Shown one piece after another: positions 28,683-37,536 of a stretch of 64,000 nucleotides of DNA. The stretch spans positions 40,892 through 104,891 of the forward strand of contig CAYQSQ010000007.1 of the NCBI GenBank assembly GCA_964420215.1, written 5' to 3'. The translations under genes and the position numbers were made by a program. The notes beneath the pieces were generated by a model, which made no database searches, had not been told where the DNA came from, and saw only the letters and a program-made list of their open reading frames with translations. Positions within the stretch are counted from its first letter, which is position 1, and every line of letters begins with the position of its first letter. This DNA comes from an uncultured Flavobacterium sp. Its GTDB lineage: Bacteria; Bacteroidota; Bacteroidia; Flavobacteriales; Flavobacteriaceae.

Positions 28683-29744
28683 ATGAACGATTCATCCCAA
28701 AAAGCAATCAACGCAATCCAAGAAGCACAAAAAATAGCCATGGCGCCGTTTTTATTTCAAGCGGTAGTTTCACTACGTAAACTCGGGATTTTTGATTTAA
28801 TTTTTTCAAGACGAAAAAAAGGAGGTATCAATACAAAAGACATCGCCAAAGAGTTAAACTTATCAGAATATGGCGTGGGTGTTTTGTTGGAAATCGCCAA
28901 AACATCCGCAATCGTTGCTCAAGACGAAAACGAAAATTACGAATTAACAACCACAGGTTATTTTTTAACGTATAACGAAACTGTTAATGTCAATCTTAAC
29001 TTTACAAACGATGTTTGTTATAAAGGATTATTTCATTTAAACGATGCTATTTTAACAGGAAAACCCGAAGGGTTAAAAGAATTAGGAAATTGGAGTACGA
29101 TATATGAAGGACTGTCACAATTGACTCCAGAAGTACAAAAAGCTTGGTTTGAATTTGATCACCATTATTCGGACGGCAGTTTTCAAGAAGCATTAAAAAC
29201 AGTTTTAAGAAACAACCCTAAAAATATATTTGATATCGGTGCAAATACAGGGAAATTTGCCGTTAATGCATGTGCTACAAATAGTACGGTAAGCGTTAAA
29301 ATAATCGATTTACCAGGGCAATTAAAAAAAGCGTTGGCAAATGTTGAACAAGCAGGATTTAAAGAACGTGTAACATCGCATCAAATAGATTGGTTATCGG
29401 ATAATCCCACAATTCCGCAAGGGGCAGATGTCATCTGGTTAAGTCAATTTTTAGATTGTTTTTCTAAAGAAGAAATCATAAAAATATTGTCAGCTTGTGT
29501 GTCTTCTATGTCGGATGATACCGAACTTTTTATAATGGAAACGTATACCGATAGGCAAAAATTTGATAATGCTCGTTATATTTTAGAGGCAACATCGTTA
29601 TATTTTACCGTAATGGCTAATGGCAATAGTAAAATGTATGAATCGCAAGTGATGAAAGAATTGGTTGATCAATCAGGATTGGTTCTTAAAGAAGATATTA
29701 ATGTAGGAGAATACCACACTATTTTCGTTTGTAAAAAGAAATAA
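28683..29744 (+). CDS. Class I SAM-dependent methyltransferase with N-terminal dimerisation domain
   Basis: FDIGANTG, IDLPG, SQFLDCF. Confidence 0.88.
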   Translation: MNDSSQKAINAIQEAQKIAMAPFLFQAVVSLRKLGIFDLIFSRRKKGGINTKDIAKELNLSEYGVGVLLEIAKTSAIVAQDENENYELTTTGYFLTYNETVNVNLNFTNDVCYKGLFHLNDAILTGKPEGLKELGNWSTIYEGLSQLTPEVQKAWFEFDHHYSDGSFQEALKTVLRNNPKNIFDIGANTGKFAVNACATNSTVSVKIIDLPGQLKKALANVEQAGFKERVTSHQIDWLSDNPTIPQGADVIWLSQFLDCFSKEEIIKILSACVSSMSDDTELFIMETYTDRQKFDNARYILEATSLYFTVMANGNSKMYESQVMKELVDQSGLVLKEDINVGEYHTIFVCKKK

Positions 29745-29747
29745 TAA

Positions 29748-30359
29748 ATGAACGCATCACCTTTATATATTAAATCTTTTTGTACAATAAACCAGCAAAA
29801 GGTTTCTTTAAATGGAAAAATAATATCCACAAGTGAAGCGTTAGATTTTAAATCTTTCACAAAAAAAGTGTACCAAGATTTAGGCATACAGTATCCTAAA
29901 TTTTTTAAAATGGATAATCTAAGTAAACTCGCTTTTTTGGGTGCAGAAGCTGTTTTACAAGATGTTTCAGATTCCGAAAAAGAGCATATTGCTTTGGTTT
30001 TTGCCAATCAATCGTCCAGTTTAGATACTGATTTGGCATATCAAGAATCGATTTCAGACTCCGAAAACTATTACCCAAGTCCGGCAGTATTTGTTTATAC
30101 ACTCCCTAATATTTGTTTGGGAGAAATAAGTATCAAACATCAGTTAAAATCTGAGCATGCTTTTTTTATTTTTGATACCTTTAACGCCGAATTTATAATT
30201 CAGTACGCAAGAGTATTAATACAAACTAAAAAAGCCGATAAAGTGTTGTGCGGCTGGGTAGAGTATTTACAAGAAGATTATAAGGCCTTTTTGTTTTTAG
30301 TAGATCAAACATCAGGTATCGAAATCACTAAAAATAACGTAGAAAAATTATTTAAATAA
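29748..30359 (+). CDS. Short non-catalytic KS/chain-length-factor-like protein
   Basis: KFFKMDNLSK, SPAVFVYTLPNI; no catalytic Cys motif. Confidence 0.78.
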   Translation: MNASPLYIKSFCTINQQKVSLNGKIISTSEALDFKSFTKKVYQDLGIQYPKFFKMDNLSKLAFLGAEAVLQDVSDSEKEHIALVFANQSSSLDTDLAYQESISDSENYYPSPAVFVYTLPNICLGEISIKHQLKSEHAFFIFDTFNAEFIIQYARVLIQTKKADKVLCGWVEYLQEDYKAFLFLVDQTSGIEITKNNVEKLFK

Positions 30360-30364
30360 CATTT

Positions 30365-30622
30365 ATGGAAGCATTAAAACAAGAGTTAAAAGTAAAAATC
30401 ATTGAAGCTTTAAATTTAGAAGAAATCACAGTAGCAGATATTAATGATACCGATGTATTGTTTGGAGATGGATTGGGGTTGGATTCTATTGATGCTTTAG
30501 AATTGATCGTACTTTTAGATAAAGATTACGGAATTAAATTAACCGATCCAAAAGAAGGGAAATCCATTTTTCAATCTGTTGAAACAATGGCTGCTTATAT
30601 CGAAAAAAATCGCACCAAATAA
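30365..30622 (+). CDS. Acyl carrier protein 2
   Basis: LGLDSIDALE. Confidence 0.93.
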   Translation: MEALKQELKVKIIEALNLEEITVADINDTDVLFGDGLGLDSIDALELIVLLDKDYGIKLTDPKEGKSIFQSVETMAAYIEKNRTK

Positions 30623-30625
30623 ATT

Positions 30626-31825
30626 ATGAGTACCCGAGTTGCTATAACAGGAATGGGAATAATCTCATCAATAGGAACTACTGTTGAAGAAAATTATACC
30701 GCCCTAATTAACGGAAAAACAGCTATTTCTACCATTCAAAATTTAGATACATCACACCGTGATGTTATTAAAGTTGGCGAGATAAAAAAAACTAATTCTG
30801 AGTTAGAGCAACAATTGCAATTATCTGAGGATAATAACTTTTCAAGAACCGCTTTATTAGGTGCAATCGCAGCGCAACAAGCTTTGAAAAATGCAGGTAT
30901 ACGTGATATCAATGCCTATAAAACAGGGTTGATTTCTTCTACAAGCGTAGGAGGGATGGATAAAACAGAAAAATATTTTTACGAGTATTTTGAAAATGAA
31001 TCCGTTCAAAAATATATTTTATCGCATGGAGCAGGAGATTCCTCCCATAAAATTGCCGATATAATTGGGTTAAAAGGATTTGTAACTACAATTAGTACGG
31101 CTTGTTCTTCGGCGGCCAATGCTATTATGTTAGGTGCTCGGATGATCCAGTCGGGTAAGTTAGATCGCGTGATAGTAGGCGGGGCTGATGCCTTATCTAA
31201 ATTTACAATTAACGGTTTTAAATCGTTAATGATTTTAACAGACGAATTAAACACTCCGTTTGATGATCATCGCAAAGGACTTAATTTGGGCGAAGCCGCA
31301 GCTTATTTGGTGTTAGAATCGGATGCGATTGTCCAAAAAGAAAACAAAAAAGTATTGGCGTATGTTGCCGGATACGGAAATGCCAATGATGCGTTTCATC
31401 AAACCGCTTCGTCAGAAAATGGAGAAGGAGCCTACCTTGCGATGCAAAAAGCATTTAAAGTTTCAGGATTACAACCCCACGATATTGATTATATCAATGC
31501 GCACGGTACAGCAACACCTAATAATGATTTATCAGAAGGTAGAGCGATTGAACGTGTTTTTGGAAATACAGTCCCAGAGTTCAGTTCTACAAAACCCTAC
31601 ACAGGGCACACATTGGCTGCCGCTGCAGCAATCGAGGCGGTGTATAGTATCTTGGCAATGCAACACAATGTGGTATTTCCTAATTTAAATTTTAAAACTC
31701 CGATGAAAGAGTTTGATTTACAACCACAAACTACCTTAAAAAATAAAGAAATTAATCACGTATTATCCAATTCGTTTGGTTTTGGAGGAAATTGTTCGAC
31801 TTTAATTTTTTCAAAAAAAGCATGA
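30626..31825 (+). CDS. Beta-ketoacyl-ACP synthase (polyene-elongating KS)
   Basis: STACSSAA, YINAHGTAT, TGHTLAA, SNSFGFGG. Confidence 0.92.
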   Translation: MSTRVAITGMGIISSIGTTVEENYTALINGKTAISTIQNLDTSHRDVIKVGEIKKTNSELEQQLQLSEDNNFSRTALLGAIAAQQALKNAGIRDINAYKTGLISSTSVGGMDKTEKYFYEYFENESVQKYILSHGAGDSSHKIADIIGLKGFVTTISTACSSAANAIMLGARMIQSGKLDRVIVGGADALSKFTINGFKSLMILTDELNTPFDDHRKGLNLGEAAAYLVLESDAIVQKENKKVLAYVAGYGNANDAFHQTASSENGEGAYLAMQKAFKVSGLQPHDIDYINAHGTATPNNDLSEGRAIERVFGNTVPEFSSTKPYTGHTLAAAAAIEAVYSILAMQHNVVFPNLNFKTPMKEFDLQPQTTLKNKEINHVLSNSFGFGGNCSTLIFSKKA

Positions 31826-32883
31826 AAAACTGTTATATAAATGGCGTAAGTTGTATTTCAGCACAAAAAGTTTCTGAAAATGGATTTTTTGAAGACATTC
31901 AAATCAACAATTCAAATATTATATTACCAGCTCAAGAACCTTCTTATAAGGACTCGATTCCTGCTGCTGCCGCTCGACGAATGGCAAAAGGTGTAAAAAT
32001 GGGAATTTATGCATCTACTCAAGCTTTAAAAGAAGCTGGTGTTACAGTTCCTGATGCAATTATTACAGGTACAGGAATGGGATGTTTAAAAGATTCAGAA
32101 AAGTTTTTGAAAGCACTAATAGATAACGACGAACAGTTTTTAACCCCCACTTCATTTATTCAATCCACACACAATACAGTTGGCGGTCAAATCGCCTTGG
32201 GTTTGCAATGTAACGGGTATAATTTTACGTATGTAAACGGAGCGATATCTTTTGAATCCGCTTTGGTTGATGCCAAATTATTACTCGAAAACGAAGAAGA
32301 AAACAGTATTTTGATTGGTGGTGTTGATGAAATGGCGGATCACACGATTAATCAATACAAATTGGTTCATTTGGTCAAAAAAGAAGAAGATCTGCCTTTT
32401 GATGTGCTTCATCCCAATTCTAAAGGGATAGTTCACGGCGAAGGAGCTGGTTTTTTTGTGGTTGAAAATCAAAAAAAAGATTCGACTTATGCACAAGTAA
32501 TTGATGTAGCGTTAATCAATTCTATTGAATTATCAGAGACTTCTAGTTTTGTGACTTCTTTTTTGGAAAAAAATAAAATAGCGTTTTCGGAAATAGATGT
32601 TGTTGTTTTAGGAAACAATGGAGATATTGAATATGATAATTATTACGAAGCTGTTTCAGATTTATTTAAGCAAACGCCACAAGCGTATTACAAACATTTG
32701 ACAGGCGAGTTTAATACGGTATCAAGTATTGCGTTTTGGTTGGGAGCAAAGATTTTAAAAAATCAAGTTCTAATTTCTGAAATTCAAAAAAATAAATTAA
32801 CTAAAGAAGTATACAAAACCGTTTTGATATACAATCAATATCAAGGTAAAGACCATAGTTTAACGTTACTCAAAAGATGTTAA
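31822..32883 (+). CDS. KS chain length factor
   Basis: ARRMAKG, SPT-like TPTSFIQSTHN, no catalytic Cys; ATG at 31822. Confidence 0.85.
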   Translation: MKNCYINGVSCISAQKVSENGFFEDIQINNSNIILPAQEPSYKDSIPAAAARRMAKGVKMGIYASTQALKEAGVTVPDAIITGTGMGCLKDSEKFLKALIDNDEQFLTPTSFIQSTHNTVGGQIALGLQCNGYNFTYVNGAISFESALVDAKLLLENEEENSILIGGVDEMADHTINQYKLVHLVKKEEDLPFDVLHPNSKGIVHGEGAGFFVVENQKKDSTYAQVIDVALINSIELSETSSFVTSFLEKNKIAFSEIDVVVLGNNGDIEYDNYYEAVSDLFKQTPQAYYKHLTGEFNTVSSIAFWLGAKILKNQVLISEIQKNKLTKEVYKTVLIYNQYQGKDHSLTLLKRC

Positions 32884-33650
32884 CGCATAAAAAAATATCG
32901 TTTTTTTTTAGCGGATTGGTACTTGTTTGGTTCGGATTGTGTTTTATAGCACCACTTTCTTTAGGGTATTTATTTCTGGTTTTGATACTTTGGTTTTTAT
33001 TTACGGCGTGGGGATCGTTTGATATTCGGTTAAATTATTTTACAAAAGCACATAGCCAACATTTTACATCGGATAAAATAATGGCACTCACTTTTGATGA
33101 CGGACCTACTTTGTATACCCCTGGTATTTTAGATCTGTTAAAAAAACACGGTATAAAAGCTACTTTTTTTTGTGTTGGGCATCATGTAAAAACCTATCCT
33201 GAAATCACACAACGTATTTATAATGAAGGACATACAATAGGTAATCATACTTATTCACACCAAAATACATTTGGTGTTATGACGGTAAAAGAAGTTATAG
33301 AAGAAATTGAATCTACAAACCAGATAATTTATTCGGTTGTTGGGGTTCGTCCAAAATTATTCAGACCGCCATTTGGGGTTACAAACCCCCGAATAGCTCA
33401 AGCAATCCAAACGACAAAACACACGGTAATAGGTTGGAATATTCGATCGTTGGATACGGTTTTTAAAGAGTCGGAAACCATTTTTAAACGCGTACAAAAA
33501 AAGTTACAACCGGGCGGAATTATTCTTTTTCACGATACTTCCCAAAAAACAATTACCGTTTTGGAACAATTGTTGCCTTATGTGAAAACTCAAAATTATT
33601 CATTTACAACCGTTGATCGGTTATTACAAATTTCGGCATATGAAGATTAA
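32877..33650 (+). CDS. Membrane-anchored polysaccharide deacetylase (NodB/CE4)
   Basis: LTFDDGP, GNHTYSH, LFRPPFG, ILFHD; N-terminal TM hairpin. Confidence 0.9.
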   Translation: MLTHKKISFFFSGLVLVWFGLCFIAPLSLGYLFLVLILWFLFTAWGSFDIRLNYFTKAHSQHFTSDKIMALTFDDGPTLYTPGILDLLKKHGIKATFFCVGHHVKTYPEITQRIYNEGHTIGNHTYSHQNTFGVMTVKEVIEEIESTNQIIYSVVGVRPKLFRPPFGVTNPRIAQAIQTTKHTVIGWNIRSLDTVFKESETIFKRVQKKLQPGGIILFHDTSQKTITVLEQLLPYVKTQNYSFTTVDRLLQISAYED

Positions 33651-34233
33651 ATTAATATTCGCACTATTCTTAATTACAGGTTTTTTAGTCGCACAAGAAA
33701 CGCCTCTTTCAGCGTCAGAAATCAAAGCTTTTAAAGAATTAACCAAAAAACAAACGGCTCAAATCAAAAGCATCAAAACAAATTTTATACAATTAAAACA
33801 TTTGGATTTTTTAACGGATGATATCAAATCATCGGGATCGATGGTTTTTAAAGCACCTCAATATTTAGAGTGGAAATACACGCAACCCTTTATGTATAGC
33901 ATTATTTTTAAAGACAATAAGGTATTGATTGACGATCAGGGTAATAAAAGTTCGGTTGCTATTGGTGATAGTAAAATGTTTGCTAAAATTAATAAAATGA
34001 TTGTGGGTAGTGTGAGCGGTGATATGTTTGACGAAAAAGAATTTGACATCACTTATTTCAAAACTAAAAAAAACTATCTCGTTAAATTAGTTACCAAAAC
34101 AACAATGAAAAAATACATCAAAGAAGTTAATCTGTTTTTTCCCTTTGATGACGCCACTGTTTCCAAGGTTCGCTTAATTGAATCTTCTAATGATTATACC
34201 GAAATTCAATTTGTAAACAAGCAAATTAATTAA
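33640..34233 (+). CDS. LolA-like periplasmic carrier protein
   Basis: Signal peptide; FIQLKHL...SSGSMVFKAPQYLEWKYTQP pattern; ATG at 33640. Confidence 0.82.
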   Translation: MKIKLIFALFLITGFLVAQETPLSASEIKAFKELTKKQTAQIKSIKTNFIQLKHLDFLTDDIKSSGSMVFKAPQYLEWKYTQPFMYSIIFKDNKVLIDDQGNKSSVAIGDSKMFAKINKMIVGSVSGDMFDEKEFDITYFKTKKNYLVKLVTKTTMKKYIKEVNLFFPFDDATVSKVRLIESSNDYTEIQFVNKQIN

Positions 34234-34856
34234 TGTTACGACAAATAGTTTTTGTTTTTTGTATGCTGCTAACGTTTGTTTCGTGCCAAACATACATGGT
34301 GAAAGATGCTGTAAAAAGTGATAATACGAGCAATTTTGTTGAAAACAACTACTTTTTAGATACAGAAAAAGACTACGTATATAAAGCATCAATCCAAGTT
34401 TATGGCAATCAATTAGGAGGTGTATTTATCATCAAAAAAATCAGCGAATACGAACATCGTGTTGTTTTTACTACGGAGTTTGGTAATCGACTGTTTGACT
34501 TTCAAGTTTCGCCAACAACCAATAAGGTTAATTATGTGATAGAAGATTTGGATAAAAAAATCATCAAAAATACACTCATATCAGATTTTAGAATTTTATT
34601 AGAGCAAAAATACCTTGTTGACCAAACGTATGAAACAGCGGATTCTTTTATTTATAAAAATAAAGACGGAAAAAGAAATCATTTTCTATTTGTAAACCAA
34701 TCCGATTTACTTCTTACAAAAATTAGTACAACTTCTAAAACAAAAGAAAAAGTAAACTTTACATTCGATGCAAAAAACAGTACTTTTGCACAATCAATTC
34801 AGATCAAACACAACAATATAAAATTGACAATATCAATGAATTATATTGGTAACTAA
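34233..34856 (+). CDS. Lipoprotein, possible LolB-like partner
   Basis: Lipobox FVSC at residue 18; beta-rich; coupled to the LolA-like gene. Confidence 0.65.
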   Translation: MLRQIVFVFCMLLTFVSCQTYMVKDAVKSDNTSNFVENNYFLDTEKDYVYKASIQVYGNQLGGVFIIKKISEYEHRVVFTTEFGNRLFDFQVSPTTNKVNYVIEDLDKKIIKNTLISDFRILLEQKYLVDQTYETADSFIYKNKDGKRNHFLFVNQSDLLLTKISTTSKTKEKVNFTFDAKNSTFAQSIQIKHNNIKLTISMNYIGN

Positions 34857-34861
34857 AAAAT

Positions 34862-35503
34862 ATGAAAAAAATAATTTTAGCACTACTTTTTATAGTGAGC
34901 TCAATCCAAATAACCCGTGCACAAGTAACATTTGATCCTTTAGTACGTGGAGGTGCAAATACATCAACAATTACAAATGCAGATGCAGATATTAGAATAG
35001 AATCCTATTTGGGAGCTGGATGTGCGATAAACCTAAGTGAAATTTACGCCTTACAACCTGAGTTTACTGTTAGTCGGCAAGGTGTTAAAAACTTAAAATA
35101 CAGCACAATAAATTACAAATACGCCTATGATTATTATGTAGAAACTTATTTTAATGAATCTTTTGTAGGTACATACGTAAGTTTGGCTTTAATCAATAAA
35201 TTAAAATTGTTTAAAGGAGCAGTAAATTTACAATTTGGACCGTCTATTGATTTTTTAACCACACCTATTGCTAATAGTAACGGTGATTTTGATTTAGCAA
35301 TTGTTTTAGGTGCAAGCGCAAGAGTGTACAAAAATTTGTTTGTTGAAACCCGAATAAAAAAGGGTGCGATTTATCCGTATGATTATCCGTCGTATTCGGG
35401 AAATTTAGATGTTTTAGTTCCTTTTATGGGGCCAAGAACTTATTTTGTAACTCAATTAGGTTTGGTGTATGAATTTACTTTTGATAAAAAAAACAAAGAA
35501 TAA
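34862..35503 (+). CDS. Small outer-membrane beta-barrel protein
   Basis: Signal peptide, alternating beta strands, C-terminal GLVYEF strand. Confidence 0.72.
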   Translation: MKKIILALLFIVSSIQITRAQVTFDPLVRGGANTSTITNADADIRIESYLGAGCAINLSEIYALQPEFTVSRQGVKNLKYSTINYKYAYDYYVETYFNESFVGTYVSLALINKLKLFKGAVNLQFGPSIDFLTTPIANSNGDFDLAIVLGASARVYKNLFVETRIKKGAIYPYDYPSYSGNLDVLVPFMGPRTYFVTQLGLVYEFTFDKKNKE

Positions 35504-35874
35504 TGTTATTAAACGATTTTTATAAAGTTCAAACTTTAGAAACCCTTTCAGAAAATAATTATAAAGCTGTGGTGGTGTTAAACAAAGATCACAATATTTT
35601 TAAAGGGCATTTTCCGGATAATCCCGTTACTCCAGGTGTTTGTATGATGCAGATTGTTAAAGAATTGTCCGAAAGTATAACCAAAAAAACATTGTTTATG
35701 CGTGCATCGTCTAACGTTAAATTTATGGCGATTATCAATCCTGAAAAACACAATACACTTACTTTAGATTTAGAGTTTGTAGGGGATTTAGATTCGGAAT
35801 TTAAAGTAAAAAACACGAGTAGTTTTGGAGATACTGTAGCTTTAAAAATGACAAACACTTACAACGTCGTATAA
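35503..35874 (+). CDS. 3-hydroxyacyl-ACP dehydratase (FabZ/ApeI-like)
   Basis: IFKGHFPDNPVTPGVC. Confidence 0.9.
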   Translation: MLLNDFYKVQTLETLSENNYKAVVVLNKDHNIFKGHFPDNPVTPGVCMMQIVKELSESITKKTLFMRASSNVKFMAIINPEKHNTLTLDLEFVGDLDSEFKVKNTSSFGDTVALKMTNTYNVV

Positions 35875-35875
35875 T

Positions 35876-36361
35876 TTGAACGCATTACTTTACATCAGCG
35901 TTTTTTTCTTATCTTTTATCTGTACCGATATAAAAGAGGTGCGTTCGCATTATTTAAAAGCAGCACAATCTAACGAAAATGCGATTGCGTTTGCCGCTTG
36001 TGTAGATCAGGTAAAAAGTAACAACGCTGTTATTCAAACTTACAAGGGAGCTTCTAAAGCCATTCAATCTAAATTTGCGAAAACAATAAAAGAGAAAAAA
36101 AGTTTATTTACAGAAGGTGCTCAACAGATTGAATCTTCTATTAAATCACATCCAGAAAATGCGGAGATGCGCGTTATTCGTTTGAGTATACAAGAAAATG
36201 TACCTAAGTTTTTAAAGTATAGTTCCAACATTCAGGAAGACAAAAAAATAATACTTCAATTTTTTGGAAAACAAACTCCCGAACTTAAAAGTTATATCAA
36301 AGGTTATTTAGTGACATCAAAAAGTTTTTCTGAAAAGGAAATTCAATCACTACAAAATTAA
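35876..36361 (+). CDS. Hypothetical helical exported protein
   Basis: TTG start, N-terminal hydrophobic segment, TPR-like helices (PENAEMRVIRLSIQEN). Confidence 0.65.
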   Translation: MNALLYISVFFLSFICTDIKEVRSHYLKAAQSNENAIAFAACVDQVKSNNAVIQTYKGASKAIQSKFAKTIKEKKSLFTEGAQQIESSIKSHPENAEMRVIRLSIQENVPKFLKYSSNIQEDKKIILQFFGKQTPELKSYIKGYLVTSKSFSEKEIQSLQN

Positions 36362-36363
36362 GT

Positions 36364-37536
36364 ATGCGTATCGAAGTCGAAGAAAAATGTATAGACATTT
36401 GCATTATTATTCCGACCTATAATAATGAAAAAACACTTGCACGTATAATTGAGCAAGTATGTCGTTACGCTACCACGATAATTGTGGTAAACGACGGATC
36501 TACTGACACAACCCAAACGATTTTAAACACATTCGAGAATATTGTCCCTATTCATTTTAAAACCAATCAAGGCAAAGGAAAAGCGCTACAAGCAGGATTT
36601 AAAAAAGCAATTGAGCTAGGTTTTTCGTATGCGATTACGATCGATTCTGATGGGCAACATTTCCCAGAAGACATTCCGATTTTTGTACAAGAAATCAAAC
36701 AATCAACTACGCCTATTTTGTTAATTGGCAGCCGAAATATGGAACAAGAAGGGATTCCTAAAAAAAGTAGTTTTGGCAACAAATTTTCTAATTTTTGGTT
36801 TTGGTTCGAAACAGGAATTAAACTCGAGGATACCCAATCGGGATACCGCGCGTATCCATTAAAAAGTTTATCTAAAAATTATTTCACCAAAAAATTTGAG
36901 TTTGAAATAGAATCAATTGTTCGTTTGGCTTGGAAAGGGGTGAGCGTTAAAAACATTCCTATAAATATATCGTACAATCCCGCAGAACGCGTAACACATT
37001 TTAGACCTTTTAAAGATTTTACACGGATTAGTATTTTAAATATAGTACTGGTAATCATTACCTTATTGTATATTAAACCGAGAGATTTTCTTCGAAGTTT
37101 TAAAAAAAAAAGTTTTCGTTCTTTTATTAAAGAAGACCTTTTAGCGCAAGATGATTCTAACAGTAAATTGGCAATTTCTTTGGCATTGGGCGTTTTTGTG
37201 GGGATTGCGCCTTTGTGGGGATTTCAAACCTTAATTGTGATGACCTTGGCCGTGTTTTTAAATCAAAATAAAGCCTTGGCTTTTGTTGGATCAAACATAA
37301 GCATACCGCCAATGATTCCTTTGATTATATACGGGTCGCTTCAAGTAGGAGGGGTGTTTATTCCATCAAAAACAACTCTTTTATCCAATAATACCTTTAC
37401 TTTTGAAACGATTTCAAATCATTTAACACAATACATTGTTGGAAGTTTACTTTTGGCAAGTCTTGTTTCGTTATGTGTTGGAGGAATAACTTACGTTGCC
37501 TTATTATTTTTAAGAAATCGAACAGAAACAAAATAA
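36364..37536 (+). CDS. GT2 glycosyltransferase fused to DUF2062
   Basis: IIPTYNN, VNDGSTD, TIDSDGQH, DTQSGYR; C-terminal membrane domain (GVFVGIAPLWG). Confidence 0.88.
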   Translation: MRIEVEEKCIDICIIIPTYNNEKTLARIIEQVCRYATTIIVVNDGSTDTTQTILNTFENIVPIHFKTNQGKGKALQAGFKKAIELGFSYAITIDSDGQHFPEDIPIFVQEIKQSTTPILLIGSRNMEQEGIPKKSSFGNKFSNFWFWFETGIKLEDTQSGYRAYPLKSLSKNYFTKKFEFEIESIVRLAWKGVSVKNIPINISYNPAERVTHFRPFKDFTRISILNIVLVIITLLYIKPRDFLRSFKKKSFRSFIKEDLLAQDDSNSKLAISLALGVFVGIAPLWGFQTLIVMTLAVFLNQNKALAFVGSNISIPPMIPLIIYGSLQVGGVFIPSKTTLLSNNTFTFETISNHLTQYIVGSLLLASLVSLCVGGITYVALLFLRNRTETK

